Of a stretch of 64,000 nucleotides of DNA, positions 47,840 through 57,445 are shown piece by piece. Made by a program: the position numbers and the translations under genes. Source of the stretch: Candidatus Palauibacter australiensis (GTDB lineage: Bacteria > Gemmatimonadota > Gemmatimonadetes > Palauibacterales > Palauibacteraceae). Each line of letters starts with the position of its first letter. The first letter of the stretch is position 1. The DNA lies in the NCBI GenBank assembly GCA_026705295.1, contig JAPPBA010000039.1, positions 3,504 to 67,503 on the forward strand. The letters run 5' to 3'. The notes under the pieces were generated by a model that was not told where the DNA came from, searched no databases, and worked only from the letters and a program-made list of their open reading frames with translations.

Positions 47840-49398
47840 GCGAGCGGCGTCCGGTCTTTTCCACGATGAGCGGCATCGAAATCGACCCGGTCTACCGCGC
47901 GGGCGCCGCGAACCCGGATCCGGCGCTGCCCGGCGAGTTCCCCTACACCCGCGGCGTGTACCCCACGATGTACCGGGGACGGCTGTGGACGATGCGCCAG
48001 TACGCCGGTTTCGGCACGGCCGCGGCGACGAACGCGCGTTTCCGCTACCTGCTGGAGTCCGGGCAGACGGGCCTTTCCGTCGCCTTCGACCTTCCGACCC
48101 AGATGGGGTACGACTCCGACGACGCCAGGGTGCGGGGGGAAGTCGGACGGGTGGGAGTGGCGATCGATTCGATCGAGGACATGCACAGCCTGTTCGAGGA
48201 GATCCCGCTCGAGCGCGTCTCGACGGCCATGACGATCAACGCCACCGCGCCCGTGCTCCTCGCGATGTACGCGGGCGTGGCCCAGGAGCGGGGGATCGAC
48301 CCGGCAGTCCTCCGGGGCACGGTCCAGAACGACGTACTGAAGGAGTTCATCGCGCGGGGGACGTACATCTACCCGGTGGAGCCCAGCGTTCGGTTCGTGA
48401 CGGACGTGTTCGATTTCTGCGCCCGGGAGATGCCGCGCTGGCGCTCGATTTCCATCAGCGGGTATCACATCCGCGAGGCCGGCGCGACGGCGGCCCAGGA
48501 GCTGGCCTTTACGATCGCCAACGGGCTCGAATACGTGCGCCGCGCCATCGAGCGGGGGCTGGAGATCGACGACTTCGCGCCCGGGCTCAGCTTCTTCTTT
48601 TCGGCCGACCGGCTGTTCTTCGAGGAGGTGGCCAAGTTCCGCGCGGCTCGCCGCATGTGGGCCCGGCTCATGCGGGACCGTTTCGGGGCCGCGGACGAGA
48701 GCTGCCGGCTGAAGTTCCACACTCAGACCTCCGGGGCCGCGCTGACGGCCCAGCAGCCGTTGAACAACGTGGTGCGCGTCGCGGTTCAGGCGCTCTCCGC
48801 CGTCCTCGGGGGCACGCAATCGCTGCACACGAACAGCTACGACGAAGCGTTGTCGCTTCCGGGAGCGGACGCCGCCCGCCTTGCGCTCCGCACACAGCAG
48901 GTGCTGGCCGCCGAGACGGGCGTTGGGGACACCGTCGATCCCCTGGGGGGCTCCCACTTCGTGGAGTCGCTCACGGACGACCTCGAGGCACGCGCCGCGG
49001 AGTACCTCGCGCGCATTGAGGAAATAGGCGGCCCCGTGCAGGCGATCGACTACATGCGCGAGGAGATCCACCTCGCCGCCCGGCGGCACCAGGAGGCGGT
49101 CGAGAGCGGTGAACTCGAGGTCGTCGGCGTGAACGTGCACGCGGATGCCGAACCGGTCGAGATGCCGCAGGCGCCGGACTTCGCCCGCCTGGCGGACGAA
49201 CAACGCGGGCGGCTCGCGCGGCTGAGGACAGGGAGGGACGGCGCGAACGTGGAGGCGTCGCTGGCGGAGATCCGGCGAGCGGCGGCCGGAGATGCTAACC
49301 TCCTGCCCGTACTGATCGACGCCGTCCGGCGCCGCGTGACTCTGGGCGAGATCAGCCACGCGTTGCGCGACGTGTGGGGGGAATACCGTCCCGGCTGA
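47836..49398 (+). CDS. Methylmalonyl-CoA mutase-family catalytic (TIM-barrel) subunit, without a B12-binding domain
   Basis: 'FPYTRGVYPTMYRGRLWTMRQYAGFG', 'GQTGLSVAFDLPTQMGYDSD', 'TMTINATAP', 'VQNDVLKEFIARGTYIYP', 'ISISGYHIREAG'. The ORF ends before any B12-binding domain. The GTG start overlaps the upstream stop. Confidence 0.85.
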   Translation: MSERRPVFSTMSGIEIDPVYRAGAANPDPALPGEFPYTRGVYPTMYRGRLWTMRQYAGFGTAAATNARFRYLLESGQTGLSVAFDLPTQMGYDSDDARVRGEVGRVGVAIDSIEDMHSLFEEIPLERVSTAMTINATAPVLLAMYAGVAQERGIDPAVLRGTVQNDVLKEFIARGTYIYPVEPSVRFVTDVFDFCAREMPRWRSISISGYHIREAGATAAQELAFTIANGLEYVRRAIERGLEIDDFAPGLSFFFSADRLFFEEVAKFRAARRMWARLMRDRFGAADESCRLKFHTQTSGAALTAQQPLNNVVRVAVQALSAVLGGTQSLHTNSYDEALSLPGADAARLALRTQQVLAAETGVGDTVDPLGGSHFVESLTDDLEARAAEYLARIEEIGGPVQAIDYMREEIHLAARRHQEAVESGELEVVGVNVHADAEPVEMPQAPDFARLADEQRGRLARLRTGRDGANVEASLAEIRRAAAGDANLLPVLIDAVRRRVTLGEISHALRDVWGEYRPG

Positions 49399-49455
49399 CC
49401 GCGGGGCATTTTCCGCGGGCATGTCGGCATTCCACGGATGGATCCGGGGGCACGA

Positions 49456-49770
49456 GTGCCAACGTACGAATACAGATGCCGGGGTTGCCGGTACGATTTC
49501 GAGCGGTTCCAGCGCATGTCGGACCCCCCGATCCGCGTCTGCCCGTCGTGCGGGGAGGAGCAGGTGGAGCGGCTCATCTCGGCCGGGGGCGGCATCGTCT
49601 TCAAGGGGTCCGGCTTCTACGCCACCGACTATCGGCAGGCTCCCGACGACGGCGGGAAGTCCGCCGCCGCGGAGACGTCCGACGATGCTTCGTCCCCTTC
49701 CCGGGACGCCGCTTCGTCCGCGTCCGAACCCACTCCATCCGGGTCATCGGAAGGCGGCCCCGGCTCTTGA
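49456..49770 (+). CDS. FmdB-family zinc-ribbon protein
   Basis: 'PTYEYRCRGCRYDFERFQRMSDPPIRVCPSCG' (CxxC...CxxC), then 'GSGFYATDYR' and an S/A/D-rich tail. I prefer GTG 49456 (preceded by 'ggggg') over ATG 49438. Confidence 0.75.
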   Translation: MPTYEYRCRGCRYDFERFQRMSDPPIRVCPSCGEEQVERLISAGGGIVFKGSGFYATDYRQAPDDGGKSAAAETSDDASSPSRDAASSASEPTPSGSSEGGPGS

Positions 49771-51455
49771 CGGGTGATGCCGGGCCGACCCGGCTCGCCG
49801 AGGCGCTCGAATCCGCCCTTGCCGCCGCCGGGGCTCCGGAGGGCTTCTCTCCGGGACTGGAGCGGCCGCGGGATCCGACGCACGGAGACTGGGCGTCCAA
49901 CGCGGCGCTCGTGCTCGCGAAGAGACTGGGCCAGCCTCCCCGGGCGCTCGCGGCGCGCGTCTGCGAACTCATCGATTCCGCGGCCGCCGGGATCGCGGCG
50001 GTCGAAGTCGCAGGGCCGGGATTCCTGAACTTCCGACTCTCCGACCCAGCCATCTGGCGGCGACTGGCGGAGGTCATCGAGGCCGGCCGCGACTGGGGAC
50101 GGACGCAGGCCTCGCCGGCGCTCCGCGTCAACGTGGAGTTCGTCTCGGCCAATCCGACGGGGCCGCTGCATGTGGCCCATGGTCGGGGCGCGGCGCTCGG
50201 CGACGCGGTCGCGTCGCTGCTGGACTGGGCCGGGCACGAAGTGACGCGCGAGTTCTACGTGAACGACGCCGGACGGCAGATCGAACTCCTCGGTGAATCC
50301 GTCGAGGCGCGCTACGAGGAAACGGCCGGCCGGCCCGCGGCCATTCCCGAAGGCGGATATCACGGCGCGTACGTCCGCGACGTGGCGGTGGCGATTCGAG
50401 ACGCCGCTGGCGCGGAGGTTCTCGCCTCGCTCGCGGCGGACGAGCGGCGCGCGCACTTCCGGCGCGAAGCGGTACGATTGCTCCGCGAGGAGCAGGCGGA
50501 GGACCTGTCGCGGTTCGGCGTCCACATGGACCTGTACTACTCCGAACGCTCGCTCTACGAATCGGGAGCCATCGACCGCCTCCTGGCCGCGCTGGAGACC
50601 GGCGGCCTGATCTACCGCTCGCAGGGGGCGACCTGGCTTCGGACTTCGAGCCTCGGCGACGAGAAGGACCGGGTCCTCATCAAGAGCGACGGCTCCTTCA
50701 CCTACTTCCTGCCGGATCTCGCCTATCACCTCGACAAGGCGAGGCGCGGCTTCGAGCTCGCGATCGACGTCTGGGGCGCGGATCACCAGGGCCACGAGAA
50801 GCGCATGCTGGCGGCCCTGCGCGGGCTGTCGTACCCGGACTTGCTCGAGGTCTTGATCATCCAGCTCGTCACGGTTCTGCGCGACGGCACGGAAGTCCGG
50901 ATGAGCAAGCGCGCCGGACGCTTCGTGACGCTGGGCGAACTCGTCGATGAAACGGGCCCGGACGTGGCGCGCTATTTCTTCCTCATGCGCCGGGCGGAGG
51001 TCCATCTCAACTTCGATCTCGACCTGGCGCTGGATACGTCGGACGCGAATCCGGTCTACAAGGTCCAGTATGCGCATGCGCGCATGTGCAGCGTATTCCG
51101 CAGGGCCGGAATCGCCGTCGATGAAGTTCCGGCCTCTCTCGACGTCCCGGACACGTTCGGCACCCCGGCCGAGCGCGAGGTCGCCCTGTCCGTCCTGAGG
51201 CTTCCAGAGGTCGTCGCATCCGCCGCGGCGGGGCGGGCTCCGCACCTGGTCTGCGCCTATCTGGAGGAGACGGCGGGGCTCGTGAACGCCTGGTATCACC
51301 AGGGAAACCTGGACCCGGCGCAGAGAATCCTGGCGGACGTGCCGGAACGGGCCGCGAGAATCCGGCTTGCCCGTGCGGTGCAGCTCACGCTGCGCAACGG
51401 GCTGCGCGCGCTCGGCCTCTCGGCTCCCGAGACCATGAGCCGGGACGCGAAGTGA
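49767..51455 (+). CDS. argS: Arginyl-tRNA synthetase
   Basis: 'FVSANPTGPLHVAHGRGAALGD' (HIGH-type), 'RMSKRAG' (KMSK-type), and the C-terminal anticodon-binding region 'YKVQYAHARMCSV'. TTG 49767 overlaps the upstream stop (TTGA). Confidence 0.9.
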   Translation: MTGDAGPTRLAEALESALAAAGAPEGFSPGLERPRDPTHGDWASNAALVLAKRLGQPPRALAARVCELIDSAAAGIAAVEVAGPGFLNFRLSDPAIWRRLAEVIEAGRDWGRTQASPALRVNVEFVSANPTGPLHVAHGRGAALGDAVASLLDWAGHEVTREFYVNDAGRQIELLGESVEARYEETAGRPAAIPEGGYHGAYVRDVAVAIRDAAGAEVLASLAADERRAHFRREAVRLLREEQAEDLSRFGVHMDLYYSERSLYESGAIDRLLAALETGGLIYRSQGATWLRTSSLGDEKDRVLIKSDGSFTYFLPDLAYHLDKARRGFELAIDVWGADHQGHEKRMLAALRGLSYPDLLEVLIIQLVTVLRDGTEVRMSKRAGRFVTLGELVDETGPDVARYFFLMRRAEVHLNFDLDLALDTSDANPVYKVQYAHARMCSVFRRAGIAVDEVPASLDVPDTFGTPAEREVALSVLRLPEVVASAAAGRAPHLVCAYLEETAGLVNAWYHQGNLDPAQRILADVPERAARIRLARAVQLTLRNGLRALGLSAPETMSRDAK

Positions 51456-52414
51456 CGTACCGTGCCCCCGTCACCGGGGATGACCGGGCCCCGGCGGCGC
51501 CGATCCTCGTCGTGGGCAGCGTCGCTCTCGATGAGATTTCGACCCCGGCCGGACACCGGGAGGGAGTCGTCGGCGGGACGGCGGTCAACTTCAGCGCCGC
51601 CGCCTCGCTGTTCGCGCCGGTCCAGCTCGTGGGGGTCATCGGCGACGACTATCCGACCGAGGAGCTCGACTTCCTCCTCGGCAGGGGTGCGGATCTTTCG
51701 GGGCTCGAGCAGCGGCCCGGCCGCAGCTTCCGGTGGGGCGGCTTCTATCACCGGGACATGAATACGCGGGACACGACGTTCACCGAGCTGGGCGTCTTCG
51801 CGGACTTCCATCCGACGATCCCCGACGCGTTCCGAAGCGCGCCCTGGGCCTTTCTCGGCGCCATCGACCCTGCCCTCCAGCTCGAGGTGCTGGATCAGAT
51901 CGAGTCGCCCCTGCTCGCGGCGTGTGACACGATGAACTACTGGATCGAGGGGACACCGGAGCGTCTCGCGGAGGTCATCGCGAAGATCGACCTCATCACG
52001 CTGAACGACGAAGAGGCGAAACAGCTTTCCGGCGAGCACAATCTGGCCCGGGCCGCGCGCTGGATTCAGAGCCGGGGGCCGCGGCACGTCGTGATCAAGA
52101 AGGGGGAACACGGAGCCGCGCTGCTCACGCGCGACGGGTTCTTCCTCACCCCCGGGTATCCGCTCGATCATGTGGTCGACCCGACCGGGGCCGGCGATGC
52201 GTTCGCGGGTGGCCTGCTCGGGTATCTTGCGCGCTGCGGTTCGATCGCGGGACCGGAGTTGAGGCGCGCCGTCGTCTACGGCTGTGCGCTCGGTTCCTTC
52301 GCATGCGAAGCTTTCGGCGCGCGCCGCATGGTGACTCTCACCATGGCCGAAGTGGAGGACCGCGTGCGAAGCTTCGGGACGCTCACGAGATTCGATGTTC
52401 CAGCAGAGGCTTAA
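51452..52414 (+). CDS. PfkB-family carbohydrate/nucleoside kinase
   Basis: 'ILVVGSVALDEI', 'VGGTAVNFSAAA', and the C-terminal signature 'VVDPTGAGDAFAGGLLGYL'. I cannot call the substrate. Confidence 0.8.
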   Translation: MTYRAPVTGDDRAPAAPILVVGSVALDEISTPAGHREGVVGGTAVNFSAAASLFAPVQLVGVIGDDYPTEELDFLLGRGADLSGLEQRPGRSFRWGGFYHRDMNTRDTTFTELGVFADFHPTIPDAFRSAPWAFLGAIDPALQLEVLDQIESPLLAACDTMNYWIEGTPERLAEVIAKIDLITLNDEEAKQLSGEHNLARAARWIQSRGPRHVVIKKGEHGAALLTRDGFFLTPGYPLDHVVDPTGAGDAFAGGLLGYLARCGSIAGPELRRAVVYGCALGSFACEAFGARRMVTLTMAEVEDRVRSFGTLTRFDVPAEA

Positions 52415-52421
52415 CGGAAAC

Positions 52422-53447
52422 ATGAACGACGGATTGACGTACCGGGACGCCGGCGTGAACCTTGAGGCGGCCCGCGCGACGAAGGCCCGGATCTCCCGGC
52501 TCGTACAGGGAACCCGGACGGATGCCGTGAGCTCGGACTTCGGCTCGTTCGGAGGGCGGTTCCGGGCGACTCCTGGCCGGGAACTCGTGGCGAGCGCCGA
52601 TGGTGTCGGGACGAAGCTGAAGATCGCCTTCATGGCGGAGCGGCACGACACGGTGGGCGCCGATCTCGTGAACCACTGCGTCAACGACATCCTCGTCGAA
52701 GGCGCCCGGCCTCTCATCTTCATGGATTACGTCGCCTGCGGCGTGCTGGACCCGGACACGGTGACGAGCGTCGTGTCGGGACTCGCTGCTGCCTGTAAGG
52801 CGAACGGCTGCGCGCTGCTCGGGGGAGAGACCGCAGAGATGCCGGATTTCTACGCGCCGGGGGAATACGACCTCGCCGGGTTCGTGGTGGGCGAGATCGT
52901 CTACCCGGAGCTGTCCCGCAGAAGCCTGGAGCCGGGGGACCGTCTCATCGGACTCGCATCGAGCGGCATCCACACCAACGGCTACAGCTTCGTGCGCGCC
53001 CTCTTCTTCGACCGCCTCGGACTCGGGGCCCACGACCCCTTCCCCGGGGGCGAGGGCTCCGTGTCGGACGTCCTCCTGCGTCCTCACCGGAGTTACCTGT
53101 CGACCCTCGAGCGCAGCCTCGATGGGGGCCGCGTGCGGGCGCTCGCCCACATCACGGGCGGCGGAATCCCGGGGAACGTGGACCGGGTCATCGGACGGGA
53201 TATCGATGCGGTGGTGCGCACCGACCGTTGGCCGCGGCCACACGAGTTCGACGTCATCGCGCGCGAGAGCGGAGCAGACGAGGCGGAACTCTTCTCCACC
53301 TTCAACATGGGCGTGGGGATGGTCGCGGTCGTGCGCGAGAGGGACGCCGAGGACGTGCTCGACGAGATTCGTGACGCCGGCTGCGAGGCTTTCCTGTGCG
53401 GTGAACTCGTCGCGGGGAGCGGCAGGGTACACCTGGAGAGTTCATGA
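52422..53447 (+). CDS. purM: Phosphoribosylformylglycinamidine cyclo-ligase (AIR synthetase)
   Basis: 'LTYRDAGVNLEAA', 'LVASADGVGTKLKIA', 'GADLVNHCVNDILVEGARPLFMDY'-type block, 'LLGGETAEMP', 'GLASSGIHTNGYS'. Confidence 0.9.
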   Translation: MNDGLTYRDAGVNLEAARATKARISRLVQGTRTDAVSSDFGSFGGRFRATPGRELVASADGVGTKLKIAFMAERHDTVGADLVNHCVNDILVEGARPLIFMDYVACGVLDPDTVTSVVSGLAAACKANGCALLGGETAEMPDFYAPGEYDLAGFVVGEIVYPELSRRSLEPGDRLIGLASSGIHTNGYSFVRALFFDRLGLGAHDPFPGGEGSVSDVLLRPHRSYLSTLERSLDGGRVRALAHITGGGIPGNVDRVIGRDIDAVVRTDRWPRPHEFDVIARESGADEAELFSTFNMGVGMVAVVRERDAEDVLDEIRDAGCEAFLCGELVAGSGRVHLESS

Positions 53448-54604
53448 CGGCGCGGGGATTCGACCCCATCGCCGGCGCTCCGCCGAGCCGCACGGAGGAC
53501 CTGCGGCACATGCGCGAGGCGTTGGCTGTGGCACCGCGCGGACAGGGTCGCGTGTCGCCCAATCCACTCGTGGGCGCGGTCGTAGCCCGGGGGAACCAGG
53601 TCTTCGGCACGGGGTGGCACGCGGAGTACGGCGGCGATCATGCGGAAATCATGGCGCTGCGGGAGGCCGGGCCCCGTGCGGCGGGTGCAACGCTGTACGT
53701 CACGCTCGAGCCGTGCCGCCATGAAGGGCTGACACCCCCGTGCACCACCGCCATCATTCGCTCCGGCGTGCGGCGCGTCGTGATCGCCTGCCGGGATCCC
53801 AATCCGGAGGCGCGCCACGGGGCGGAGGATCTGCGCCAGGCCGGCCTGGACGTCGAAATCGGGATCGAGGAGAACGCCGCGAAACGGCTGAACGCCGCCT
53901 TTCTCTGGTTTCACCGGAAGTGGGTGCCCTTCGGTTCGCTCAAACTCGCGCTCTCTCTCGACGCGAAGCTCGGAGAGGAGAGCGTTCGCACGCCGGTGAC
54001 CGGCATACGGGCGCTGGACGAGGTCCACCGTCTCCGCTCCTGTCACGATGCGATCCTGATCGGTTCCAACACGATCGAGATCGACGATCCCCTGCTCACG
54101 GCCCGTGGAGAGGTCGTGCCGCGAGTACCGCCCGTCCGGGCGATCCTGGACACCACCCTCCGACTCCGAACGTCGAGTCAGCTCGTGCGCACGGCCTCCC
54201 AGGCGCCGGTATGGGCCTTCGCCGACCCCGAGTCGGACGGATTCGAAGCGCGCGCGGGTCCGCTCCGCGATGCGGGCGTGGAGGTCATCGGAGTCCCGCG
54301 GAGTGAGGACCACAGGCTGGACCTGGGCGCAGTGTGGAACGAAATGGCCATCCGCGGCGTGCTCTCGGTACTCGTCGAGGGTGGGGGGCAGGTCGCCGCA
54401 TCGCTGCTGCGCGACGGGCACATTCAGAGGATCCATGCCTTCATCGCCCCCATGTTCTACGGGCGGGATGGCGTACCGGCGTTTCCGGGTCTCGAGCCGT
54501 CGGCGGCCGGCGACTGGCTGCCGGTGCAGCGAGAGTCGCTGGGGCAGGACACGCAGATCGTGTTCGAGCACCGTGAGCTCCAGGAAACCCTGGACAACCT
54601 CTGA
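53444..54604 (+). CDS. ribD: Bifunctional riboflavin biosynthesis deaminase/reductase
   Basis: Deaminase zinc motif 'HAEIMALREAG...YVTLEPCRHEGLTPPC', then a reductase half ('KLALSLDAKL', 'VLVEGGGQVAASLL'). ATG overlaps the purM stop. Confidence 0.9.
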   Translation: MTARGFDPIAGAPPSRTEDLRHMREALAVAPRGQGRVSPNPLVGAVVARGNQVFGTGWHAEYGGDHAEIMALREAGPRAAGATLYVTLEPCRHEGLTPPCTTAIIRSGVRRVVIACRDPNPEARHGAEDLRQAGLDVEIGIEENAAKRLNAAFLWFHRKWVPFGSLKLALSLDAKLGEESVRTPVTGIRALDEVHRLRSCHDAILIGSNTIEIDDPLLTARGEVVPRVPPVRAILDTTLRLRTSSQLVRTASQAPVWAFADPESDGFEARAGPLRDAGVEVIGVPRSEDHRLDLGAVWNEMAIRGVLSVLVEGGGQVAASLLRDGHIQRIHAFIAPMFYGRDGVPAFPGLEPSAAGDWLPVQRESLGQDTQIVFEHRELQETLDNL

Positions 54605-54616
54605 GCGGCGGGACTC

Positions 54617-55222
54617 GTGTTCACCGGAATCATACGGGCGGTCGGCGAGGTCGCGGGCCGTGAGCGCCGGAACACCGGGCTTCGCCTGACGATCGCCCGC
54701 GTCCCGTTTCTCGAACGGCTCCAGGACGGAGATTCGGTGTCGCTGGCGGGCGTGTGCACGACGGTCGTCGCTCTCGGGGAGGAGACGTTCGATGTCGACG
54801 TCGTCGAGGCGACGCTGGAGCGGACCACGGTCGGGAGGTGGCGGGTCGGCGATCCCGTGAACCTCGAACCTGCGCTCTGCGCGGGGGATCCGTTCGGCGG
54901 GCACATGGTACAGGGACACGTCGATGGGGTGGGGACCGTGGCGGCGGCGAGGTGGAAAGGCGAGTCGGGCCTGCTCGAGATCGAACTCCCGGACGCCCTC
55001 GAGAGGGTGACCGTGCCGCAGGGCTCCTTCGCGGTCGATGGCGTGAGTCTCACGGTCAACCGCCTGACCGGGACCATCGCGCGTTTCGCCATCATCCCAT
55101 ATACATGGACCCACACGACCCTGGGGCGCCTCGTGGCTGGCGCGAACGTCAACGTCGAGGCGGATCTGATCGGCAAGCACGTGGCGCGTGCCCTCCGACC
55201 GCACGCGGCCCCGGAGGATTAG
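54617..55222 (+). CDS. ribE: Riboflavin synthase
   Basis: 'MFTGIIRAVGEV', 'GDSVSLAGVCTTVV', 'GGHMVQGHVDGVG', 'GSFAVDGVSLTV', 'IPYTWTHTTL'. Confidence 0.9.
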   Translation: MFTGIIRAVGEVAGRERRNTGLRLTIARVPFLERLQDGDSVSLAGVCTTVVALGEETFDVDVVEATLERTTVGRWRVGDPVNLEPALCAGDPFGGHMVQGHVDGVGTVAAARWKGESGLLEIELPDALERVTVPQGSFAVDGVSLTVNRLTGTIARFAIIPYTWTHTTLGRLVAGANVNVEADLIGKHVARALRPHAAPED

Positions 55223-55237
55223 TCGGTTCCCGTTCAA

Positions 55238-56485
55238 ATGGTCACCGAGAAAGGGCTTCGGCTGGCGGACATGCCCGCACACACGGTGGAAGCGGCGATC
55301 GCGCGTATCCGTCAAGGCGGACTCGTGATCATCGCGGACGATGAGGATCGCGAGAACGAGGGGGACCTCGTGTGCGCGGCCGCGCTCGCGACGCCCGAGA
55401 CGATCAACTTCATGGCCAGGCACGCGCGGGGACTCATTTGTCTCGCGATGCCCGATGAGATGGCCGATCGCCTCGATCTCCCGCTCATGACGGACGACCG
55501 GCTGGCGGACCCCAACAAGACGGCGTTCACCGTGTCGATCGATGCCCGCCAGGACTTCGGCGTGTCGACCGGGATCTCCGCGCAGGATCGCGCCCGGACC
55601 ATCCGCGTCGCCGTGGATCCCCAGACCCGGCCCACGGACCTCATGCGGCCGGGCCACGTCTTCCCGCTCCGCTCCCGGCCCGGCGGCGTGCTCCAGCGCG
55701 TGGGTCAGACGGAGGCGTCCGTCGATCTCGCCCGGCTCGCCGGGCTCACGCCGGCGGGCGTGATCTGCGAGATCCTGAACGAGGATGGGACGATGGCGCG
55801 CCGTCCCGAACTCGAGAAGTTCGCGGAGGAGCACGACCTTCCCTTCATCACGGTGGCCGCCCTCGTCTCCCACCGACTGCGCACGGAGAGTCTCGTACGG
55901 CGCGTCGCCGAAGCGGATCTCCCCACGCCGTGGGGCGATTTCCGCATCGTCGGGTACGCGAACGAGGTGGATGGGCGCGAACACGTCGCCCTGGTGCGCG
56001 GCGACGTGGCGGGGGCGGAAGATGTCCTGGTCCGCGTTCACTCGCGTTGCCTGACGGGCGATGTGTTCCACTCGCACCGCTGCGATTGCGGGAGCCAGCT
56101 CGAGGCTGCGATGCGGATGGTCGTGGAGGCCGACGCCGGGGTCATCGTCTATCTCGACCAGGAAGGGCGGGGGATCGGACTCCTGAACAAGCTCCGAGCG
56201 TACGAACTGCAGGACGAAGGCCACGACACGGTCGAAGCGAACGAGGCGCTCGGCTTTCCGCCCGACCTCCGGAACTACGGCATCGGGGCCCAGATCCTCG
56301 TGGATCTGGGGTTGCACTCGATCAGGGTCCTGACGAACAACCCGAAGAAACTCGCGGGGCTGGAGGGGTTCGGCCTCGTGATCCGCGACCGTCTGCCGCT
56401 CGAGTTCGGCGGGGTCGATGACCGGCTGGTCCGCTATCTTCGCACGAAGCGCGAGAAGCTGGGACACCTGACCGGATCCGCGTGA
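55238..56485 (+). CDS. ribBA: Bifunctional 3,4-dihydroxy-2-butanone-4-phosphate synthase / GTP cyclohydrolase II
   Basis: 'DDEDRENEGDLVCAA', 'GLICLAM', 'HVFPL' (RibB half); 'VRVHSRCLTGDVFHSHRCDCGSQL' and 'GRGIGLLNKLRAYELQDEGHDT' (RibA half). Confidence 0.9.
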   Translation: MVTEKGLRLADMPAHTVEAAIARIRQGGLVIIADDEDRENEGDLVCAAALATPETINFMARHARGLICLAMPDEMADRLDLPLMTDDRLADPNKTAFTVSIDARQDFGVSTGISAQDRARTIRVAVDPQTRPTDLMRPGHVFPLRSRPGGVLQRVGQTEASVDLARLAGLTPAGVICEILNEDGTMARRPELEKFAEEHDLPFITVAALVSHRLRTESLVRRVAEADLPTPWGDFRIVGYANEVDGREHVALVRGDVAGAEDVLVRVHSRCLTGDVFHSHRCDCGSQLEAAMRMVVEADAGVIVYLDQEGRGIGLLNKLRAYELQDEGHDTVEANEALGFPPDLRNYGIGAQILVDLGLHSIRVLTNNPKKLAGLEGFGLVIRDRLPLEFGGVDDRLVRYLRTKREKLGHLTGSA

Positions 56486-57006
56486 GAGACGGGTCGGACA
56501 CTCCTCGAGGCGGCCGCCCCGACGGGTTCCCGCGTGGGCGCCTGAAGGAGTTCGAGGGCGCGGCTTCGGGAGGCGGCCGGACGGTCTGCATCCTCGTCAG
56601 CCGGTTCAACTCCCGGGTCACCGAACTTCTGCTGGAAGGCGCCGTACGGACGGCCCTCGAATGCGGCGTGGCCGAGGAGGATGTCGATATCGTGTACGTC
56701 CCCGGCGCCTGGGAACTGCCGCTGGCCGCGCAACGGGCCGCCGCGCGCGGATACGCCGGCATCGTCGCGCTGGGCTGCGTGATTCGCGGGGAAACCGCGC
56801 ACTTCGACCACGTGAGCCGCGCGGCCACCGACGGCCTCGCCAAGGTACAGCTTGACTCGGGCGTGCCGGTCGGTCTCGGCGTGCTCACGCCCGACACGGT
56901 GGAGCAGGCGCTCGCGCGGGCCGGAGGCGAACTCGGAAACGCCGGTTCGGAGGCGGCCCGCGCGGCGCTTCGCATGGCCGACCTCCACGAAGGGCTGGGT
57001 GCGTGA
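56482..57006 (+). CDS. ribH: 6,7-dimethyl-8-ribityllumazine synthase
   Basis: 'ILVSRFNSRVTELLLEGA', 'VPGAWELPLAA', 'ALGCVIRGETAHFDHV', 'PVGLGVLT'. Confidence 0.9.
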   Translation: MRDGSDTPRGGRPDGFPRGRLKEFEGAASGGGRTVCILVSRFNSRVTELLLEGAVRTALECGVAEEDVDIVYVPGAWELPLAAQRAAARGYAGIVALGCVIRGETAHFDHVSRAATDGLAKVQLDSGVPVGLGVLTPDTVEQALARAGGELGNAGSEAARAALRMADLHEGLGA

Positions 57007-57437
57007 GGCCGACCGCCCGCACGCACGTCCATTCGCGAGCGCGGAGCTGGGCGTTGAACCTCCTCTATGCGTGGGAAGTGGGCGGAGAGGGCACGCCGCT
57101 CGAGCACGCGGCGCAGAGCCTCGTCCACCGTCGCATGTCCGAACGCTACCGCCCCCACGTCCGGCGCCTGCTCGAGACCGCGGGCCGCCACCTTGCCGAG
57201 GTCGACGCGACGATCGCTCATCATGCCTCGAACTGGCGGATCGAGCGCCTGCACGCCATCGACCGCAACATCCTCCGAATCGGGATCGTGGAGCTGTTAT
57301 GGTTCGAAGATGTGCCGCCGAGGGTCGCGATTCATGAAGCTCTGAAGCTGGCGCGCCGGTACGGCAGTCCCGACAGTCCACGTTTTCTCAACGGCGTGCT
57401 CGACGCGGTGCTGAAGGCGCGGGAGGCCGGGTCCTGA
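57003..57437 (+). CDS. nusB: Transcription antitermination factor NusB
   Basis: 'SRARSWALNLLYAWE', 'IERLHAIDRNILRIGIVELL', 'VAIHEALKLARRYGSPDSPRFLNGVLD'. Confidence 0.9.
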   Translation: MRPTARTHVHSRARSWALNLLYAWEVGGEGTPLEHAAQSLVHRRMSERYRPHVRRLLETAGRHLAEVDATIAHHASNWRIERLHAIDRNILRIGIVELLWFEDVPPRVAIHEALKLARRYGSPDSPRFLNGVLDAVLKAREAGS

Positions 57438-57445
57438 GCGAATCC

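Noticed and set aside
53093-56467. Very long antisense ORFs in the six-frame track: 53093..56467 (1124 aa), 39717..42470 (917 aa), 46879..49422 (847 aa), 21634..24081 (815 aa), 61623..63992 (789 aa), 38170..40023, 44019..45890 and others.
   Set aside because: Each lies opposite a gene with unmistakable conserved motifs (rib genes, rpsA, mutase, valS, ptsI and so on). Their translations are Arg/Pro/Gly/Ala-rich, low-complexity strings. These are the stop-poor shadow frames expected in very GC-rich DNA.
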